The translations under genes and the position numbers were made by a program. A stretch of 64,000 nt of DNA from Octopus vulgaris (lineage: Eukaryota). The notes below the pieces were generated by a model that saw only the letters and a program-made list of their open reading frames with translations, was not told where the DNA came from and ran no database searches. Shown piece after piece: positions 12,535-64,000 of the stretch (the first letter of the stretch is position 1; each line of letters opens with the position of its first letter). Location: assembly GCA_951406725.2 (NCBI GenBank), contig OX597833.1, positions 12,090,001 to 12,154,000 of the forward strand, given 5' to 3'.

Positions 12535-12850
12535 TATATAAATTAAAGAAGAACCAACCTTTTATCAATTCAACAATGAAATAACAGCGATATAATTAAA
12601 TTATACCATATAGAAAAAAAATTAGTTATACAATAAAAACACATACCAAGAATTAAGTAAAGTATAAAATAATAAATAAAAAGTATATAATTGGTAAATA
12701 CTTTTTATTTATTATTTTATACTTTACTTAATTATTGGTATGTGTTTTTATTGTATATTAAATTTTTTTTCTATATGGTATAATTTAATTATATCATTGT
12801 TATTTCATTGTTGAATTGATAAAAGGTTGGTTCTTCTCTAATTTATATAC
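12535..12850. repeat. Long near-perfect AT-rich palindrome (about 150-bp arms)
   Basis: AGAAGAACCAACCTTTTATCAATTCAACAATGAAATAAC... pairs with ...GTTATTTCATTGTTGAATTGATAAAAGGTTGGTTCTTCT; centre at about 12692. Confidence 0.9.
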
Positions 12851-12941
12851 ATATATTATATATTGGGGACTTTGATCTAGTATTACTAAATTGAATTTTT
12901 CCCTGTGAGTTTGGAATAATATTCGCTAATATTATTATTAT

Positions 12942-13040
<99 letters not shown>

Positions 13041-13051
13041 TATACATATAC

Positions 13052-13099
<48 letters not shown>

Positions 13100-13101
<2 letters not shown>

Positions 13102-14135
13102 TAGCATTAAAGACCCGTCGTTGCCGGATCATAGTGCTAATGCATGTATATATGTGTATATATATGTGTACATATTACATATACATCTATATATATATAC
13201 ATCTACACATAAAATACAAAATACAAAGTTATATATCTTGATATCGCTAGTGATAACAATACTCAAAATATATAACAGACTGGAATTGTTAGCCCGTCTC
13301 TTGTAATTTCGATCAATTGTATCTTGTCCTCCCTCTTGTATAGAAGTGTGGCTACAATCCAGCCTACCTCTACTTCTGGAGGGGGGAATTTTAAATTTTA
13401 TTCTGGGTCGTTCTACATCCCAGATATAAAGGTAAAAATAGAATATTTCCACTTTGCAAGTTCGAGTCGAGTACTCCCTTGCACGCTCCGTTGACTCGAA
13501 CCTTGCTTCTATTGTGGCGAATTTACCGCCTCTGATTAGATATCTTTCATAATCGCACCAAGACACTTTTCGAAGGTGCTTTCCTCCATGTGTTCAAATC
13601 TCTTTTCTCTACATTGTATACTTTTTAGACAATAGTATTTTCTTTAATTTAATTTTTTATTATCCATCTGAACTATTCCATTTCTTCACGCTAATTTTAT
13701 TTTTAATTTATCCCCAGTCATGCGAAACCACTTATTCAAGTCCAAGTCATTGATGCAATTTTATATCAATTGCTATTTTTACTTTTTTTATGTTACGATT
13801 ATATTATACTTTAGTTTGATTTTAATTATTACTTACTACATATAATTCAATTGTTATTATTATTTTTATTGTTAAAGTGAAAGTATCTGACATAAAATAG
13901 AGAAATATTTTTGTTTCACTTTTAATACGTAATACTGAAATAGTGGAGAAGATATGATATTGCTATGGGTTCGCTCTAGGCAAGATGGTGAACATTTTTT
14001 TGCCCATGAAACTACATGGACCCTAAGTAAGGCATGTGTAAAATTTGAATGACATTGGTTGTGTAGTTCTCAAGTATTAGGGAAACAGACAGACAGAAAG
14101 ATAGACAGACACACATTCTCAGTTTTATATATATA
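13100..14135 (+). mobile_element. Probable non-autonomous Helitron/Helentron-associated (DINE-like) element with captured sequence
   Basis: Starts ACTAGC..GACCCGTCG after (TA)n and ends TGTAAAATTTGAA..TGGTTGTGTAGTT..(ACAG)n..TTTTATATATA, a pattern typical of such elements. Confidence 0.45.
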
Positions 14136-14857
14136 TTTTATTGGCTAAACTGGCAAAATGACCATTCCGAAATATAACAATATATATAAAGATATATGCA
14201 TATATATCAAAGTGTTATGCAGTGGGACTGAACTCGGAAGTTTATGGTTGGTAAGCGCAGATGCCTTTTGTACTGAAAATCTTCACACAGTTATGGCTAA
14301 ATTTTTTTAAATAAAAAAAAAAAAAATAATAGGAAAAAGCAAAAACCAGTTTTTTTTTTACCTTATTTCGCAATAAAATCAACGAGTATTATTTACTTAT
14401 TTTGAAATCATAAAAAAGGAACAACGACCTTGCAAGAGAGGACAATGGAAAACGGAAAACGGAAATAAAGAAATGAAAAAAATGAAAAAAAAAAGTAGTA
14501 GTTGTTTTTCCCTGGCCCTAGACAAAACATTCAATGCAGATATTTTGTTTTGCTGTGCCTATAAATATAGAGTGAATTCACGATTTTATTACTTTGTTCC
14601 AGACCAGCAATACCTGTAACTGGTATTGAGCTCGAAACGTCTGCGTAAACCTTGTTCATATCTGAATATTTGCCGTATTTTCCTTCTGCAAGGTAAAAAA
14701 AACAATATTTTGTGAGATATTCTTCTGTTGCAGTTTGCACTCTTTTGCTTTTTTTATTAGCTGCAGTCATAGAAATGCAGCCATGTTGTGAACCACATTT
14801 CGAAAATGAAGTCGGTCATATCGAGTCCTGATAATTCTTTCAGATATCTGGTACTTA

Positions 14858-16122
14858 CAGTGGGGGGAAATAGATATTCGTATATGTCAAAATTCTTTCT
14901 TTATTTAATTTCTAACGAAAATAAATGGGATATACTAATACTATATTTATTTGCATACTCATGCATAAACAAAGAATATGCAAACGAAACTAATAAATTA
15001 TAGTAACTAAGGAATTTATATTCAATTATAAATAATTAGGGATTGAAAAAAGTATTCCTACAGAACATAAATAACTGATAATTCTGATTTAATACTTCGT
15101 AGCACAACCATTATTCAGTTCCACTTCAACCAATATCTTCTTGTAGTTCTTAATCAATGACTCGCATGTTTCTTTAAGAATATTTTCCCATTCTTCTTGA
15201 CAAATTTTCTTCAAATCTGCGATGCACGATGGGGCTCTTGAATGAATTTTAATTTTCAAATAACGCCACAAATTTACAATGGGGTTCAAGTCAGATGACT
15301 GGCTTGGCCATTCTAATAATTTTATATTGTGATCGACAATCCATTTTTTGGTAGACTTCGCCGTGTGCTTAGGGTCGTTATCCTGTTGTAAAACCCACCC
15401 TTCACAAAGCTGGAGCTTTTCTACAGAGTCCCATAAATTATTGTTCAAAATATTTTGGTACATCTCTGCATTCATTCTACCATCTATCACATGTAAATTG
15501 CTAGTACCATTTGCAGAGAAACACCCCCACACCATGATGTTACCACCTCCAAACTTTATGGTAGGAATTGTGTTTTACGGCGAATAGGCGGTATCATCTT
15601 TCCTCCAAACATAGCTACGCGAGTTTCGTCCAAACAATTCAATTTTCGACTCGTCTGTCCATAGACCATTTTCCCAGAAATATATCAGATTTATCTTTAT
15701 GTTCATAAACAAATTTTAACCGGGCATCTCTATGCCTTTTAGTCAACAGCGGAGTTTTTCTAGGAGAGCGTGACTTCAGTTCATTCCTATGAAGTTCATT
15801 GCTGATTGTTCGTAGTGTAGCACTAGTCCCTGAAGTTAACAAATTTGCAACTCCTTTCTGGTGATGATAGCGTTTTTTTCGATTCTTCGCTTCATTTTTC
15901 TTAAAGTTCTAGTAAAAAAAAGTTATTTTAACAGTATTTTGTGGCATAGAAAATCCTAAATTTATTCTGTACGAATACTTTTTTCAAACTTAAATATTTA
16001 TAATTGTATATAAATTCATTAGTTACAATAATTTATTAGTTTCTTTTGCATATTCTTAGTTTATGAATGAGTATGCAAATATAGTATTGGTATATCCCAT
16101 GTATTTTCATTAGAAACTAAAT
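14858..16122 (-). mobile_element. Decayed Tc1-type (DD34E-like) transposon with long inverted repeats
   Basis: TA|CAGTGGGGGGAAATAG end at 14858; 14905-15065 is inverted at about 15965-16120. The transposase fragments MVWGCFS, QQDNDPKH, WPSQSSDLNPIVNLW (E changed to V) and GCATKY are frameshifted. A SINE replaces the other end. Confidence 0.88.
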
Positions 16123-16315
16123 TGTGGGCAATAAAGAAATAAGAAACGTTAGCACGCGGGCGAAATGCTTAACGTATTTCGTCTGTCGTTACGTTACGTT
16201 GCCATTTATCCTTTTGGGGTCGATAAATTAAGTACCAGTTGCGTCGATCTAATCGATCTAATCGACTGGCCCCCTCCCCAAAAATTTCGGGCCTTGTGCC
16301 TAGAGTAGAAAAGAA
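16123..16315 (+). mobile_element. tRNA-derived SINE, degenerate
   Basis: Same family as 5012-5240 (GAAACGTTAGCACGC..GGGGTCGATAAATTAAGTACCAG). Confidence 0.75.
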
Positions 16316-16395
16316 TACTCATTCATTATTGTATTCCGTCTCATATCGTGTTACCGATTTTCTCGGTACCTAAGCTTTTTTACGGATGATTCTAG

Positions 16396-16436
<41 letters not shown>

Positions 16437-16485
16437 GTTTGTATGTATATATATATATATATATGTATGTATATATATATGTGTG

Positions 16486-16570
<85 letters not shown>

Positions 16571-16571
16571 G

Positions 16572-16637
<66 letters not shown>

Positions 16638-16742
16638 TATATGTATGTATGTATATATATGTATGTATGTATATATATGTATATATATATATACATATAT
16701 ATATATATACAGGTATATATTCACACTCCCGCATATACGTAT

Positions 16743-16780
<38 letters not shown>

Positions 16781-16885
16781 GTATGTATATATATATATAT
16801 ATATATTTACTTTATATTAAAATTTTTTTATGTATTGATTAATTCTTTCCTTGTTTGATTTACAAAATAGTGGTTTTGTCTCTAA

Positions 16886-16939
<54 letters not shown>

Positions 16940-17001
16940 TTGTGTGTGTGTATATATATATACACATCCACCTATCACACACCTACACTCGTACATATAC
17001 A

Positions 17002-17072
<71 letters not shown>

Positions 17073-17095
17073 TTATTTATCTATTTATTTATTTA
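16396..17095. repeat. Compound (CT)n/(TA)n/(TATG)n/(CA)n microsatellite region
   Basis: Direct inspection. Confidence 0.95.
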
Positions 17096-17402
17096 TTCGT
17101 ATTTATGCATGCATAGTAATATATGAAGTGATGGGTTTTCAGAAATGAAAGGTTTTGTATAAGGACAACTCTTCTATCTATAATCACTAACATTTTGTGA
17201 AACAACACGTTTGCGACGTATGTTTTGGAGTATTATTGGATTCTTTGTGACCTCTGAAAATAAATATTTCTGTGCAGTTTACAAACACCGAAAAACCGAG
17301 GTATATATATATATCTCACTTTCATCTCAGTATTTTACTTCACACTACAATAGATTTTACAGTATACTTTTATTTATTTATGTTTTTCCCCTTTATTCCA
17401 GG

Positions 17403-57626
<40,224 letters not shown>

Positions 57627-57857
57627 GTGAGTATTCACTTCATAATTATAAACACTTATAATTCGCTAATGTTTTTCATTCAGTTGCTCACTCACATTAA
57701 TTATACTCTGAGATATTTTTATGGTGATTCCGGTTTGCAAACTTATGCATAATCTTTTCACAGAAAGGTTTGTGCTATTCAGCTATTACGCCAACTGAGC
57801 ATAGCAAGCCCGCGTATATAAAAATATTTTGACGAAATGAGAGTGTATTATGTGCCT

Positions 57858-58644
<787 letters not shown>

Positions 58645-58649
<5 letters not shown>

Positions 58650-59509
58650 TATCAGCATGCAAAACTGAATGCAATACCCAATGAATACACTGGACCAGGA
58701 GGGATTGCAATCCCAGAGGCACAATCAGTGCGTGACCTGGGTATTCACATGAGTGATGACGCGACCTTTCATGTACATGTTGCTAAACTGACAATGAAAT
58801 GTAGACGGCTGGCTGGATGGATTCTTAGAACCTTTAGAACAAGAGAACAAGAAACCATGATGGTCCTCTGGAAGACACTTGTCCTAAGCCACTTTGACTA
58901 TTGCTCTCAGCTATGGTCACCATCCAGTGTCAAGTTGATCACAGAACTTGAGGCGATCCAACGAAGCTACACAAAGAAGATAGCCTCTATGCAGAATGTA
59001 AGCTACTGGGAAAGACTCAAGAGATTAAAATTATATTCCCTGGAGCGTAGGCGGGAAAGATATGCCATAATATACATCTGGAAGATCCTGGAGGGAAGTG
59101 TCCTGAACTTTGGCATCGAGAGTTACGCAAATGCCAGAACTGGGCGCCACTGCGTGGTGCCTAGGACTCCAAACCTGCCATCAAGATGTAGGACAAGATT
59201 CTGTGATAGCCTGGGCTTCCGAGGCCCAGAGCTCTTCAATATCCTCCCGAAGAACCTGAGAGACCTGCATGGGGTGGATACAGATGTCTTTAAAATGAAC
59301 CTGGATCTCTTCCTGTCAGGTGTCCCAGATGAACCAACTTCACGGCAGGAGGGGCAGATGAGGGCAGCTGCATCGAACTCTCTCATGCACCAAATAGCAG
59401 TTGCTAGAAAGCCTCCATGAAGTGAAACCAAGTAGCGACACCAAATGGCGGTGCCCCAGCATGGCCACAGCTCATAAGCTGAAACTAGAATCAATCAATC
59501 AATCAATCA
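58645..59509 (+). mobile_element. LINE-B 5'-truncated copy in (TA)n
   Basis: Open ORF2 C-terminus to TGA at 59420, 3' UTR and (TCAA)n tail; near-identical to 33024-33790 in reverse. Confidence 0.95.

Positions 59510-64000
<4,491 letters not shown>

Noticed and set aside
59447-59485. LINE/SINE 3' hairpin followed by GAAAC as a hammerhead ribozyme
   Set aside because: There is no CUGANGA core upstream of the stem; it is better explained as an RT recognition stem-loop.

Overview
Repeat-rich, AT-rich eukaryotic DNA. The SINE and LINE types and the microsatellite load suggest an octopus or other cephalopod genome (inference). One host gene can be rebuilt by hand on the + strand: 12 GT-AG coding exons from 17403 to 57626, phase-consistent and open for about 517 codons, with the last exon probably beyond the window. 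It encodes a secreted animal heme-peroxidase-fold protein that has lost the proximal His, the distal Arg and both heme-ester acidic residues, so it is probably a pseudo-enzyme. Its 23.8-kb intron 5 and other (TA)n tracts hold 8 insertions of three related APE-endonuclease/RT LINE families (here A, B, C). One copy (A, about 26522-31170) looks full-length and intact, with an ORF1 carrying a Myb/SANT-like domain and two CCCH fingers. All three families share a T-TTT-TTR slippery heptamer inside a hairpin, exactly where the -1 (ORF2) frame opens, which suggests retrovirus-like -1 frameshifting in a LINE. They also share a two-hairpin 3' end with an abundant tRNA-derived SINE. The rest is decayed Tc1/mariner elements (DD37D and Tc1-type), RTE fragments, Penelope-like remnants with hammerhead-like motifs and inverted repeats, many SINEs, and multi-kb (TA)n/(TATG)n arrays. 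Most listed Tyr/Ile-rich ORFs are microsatellite artefacts.
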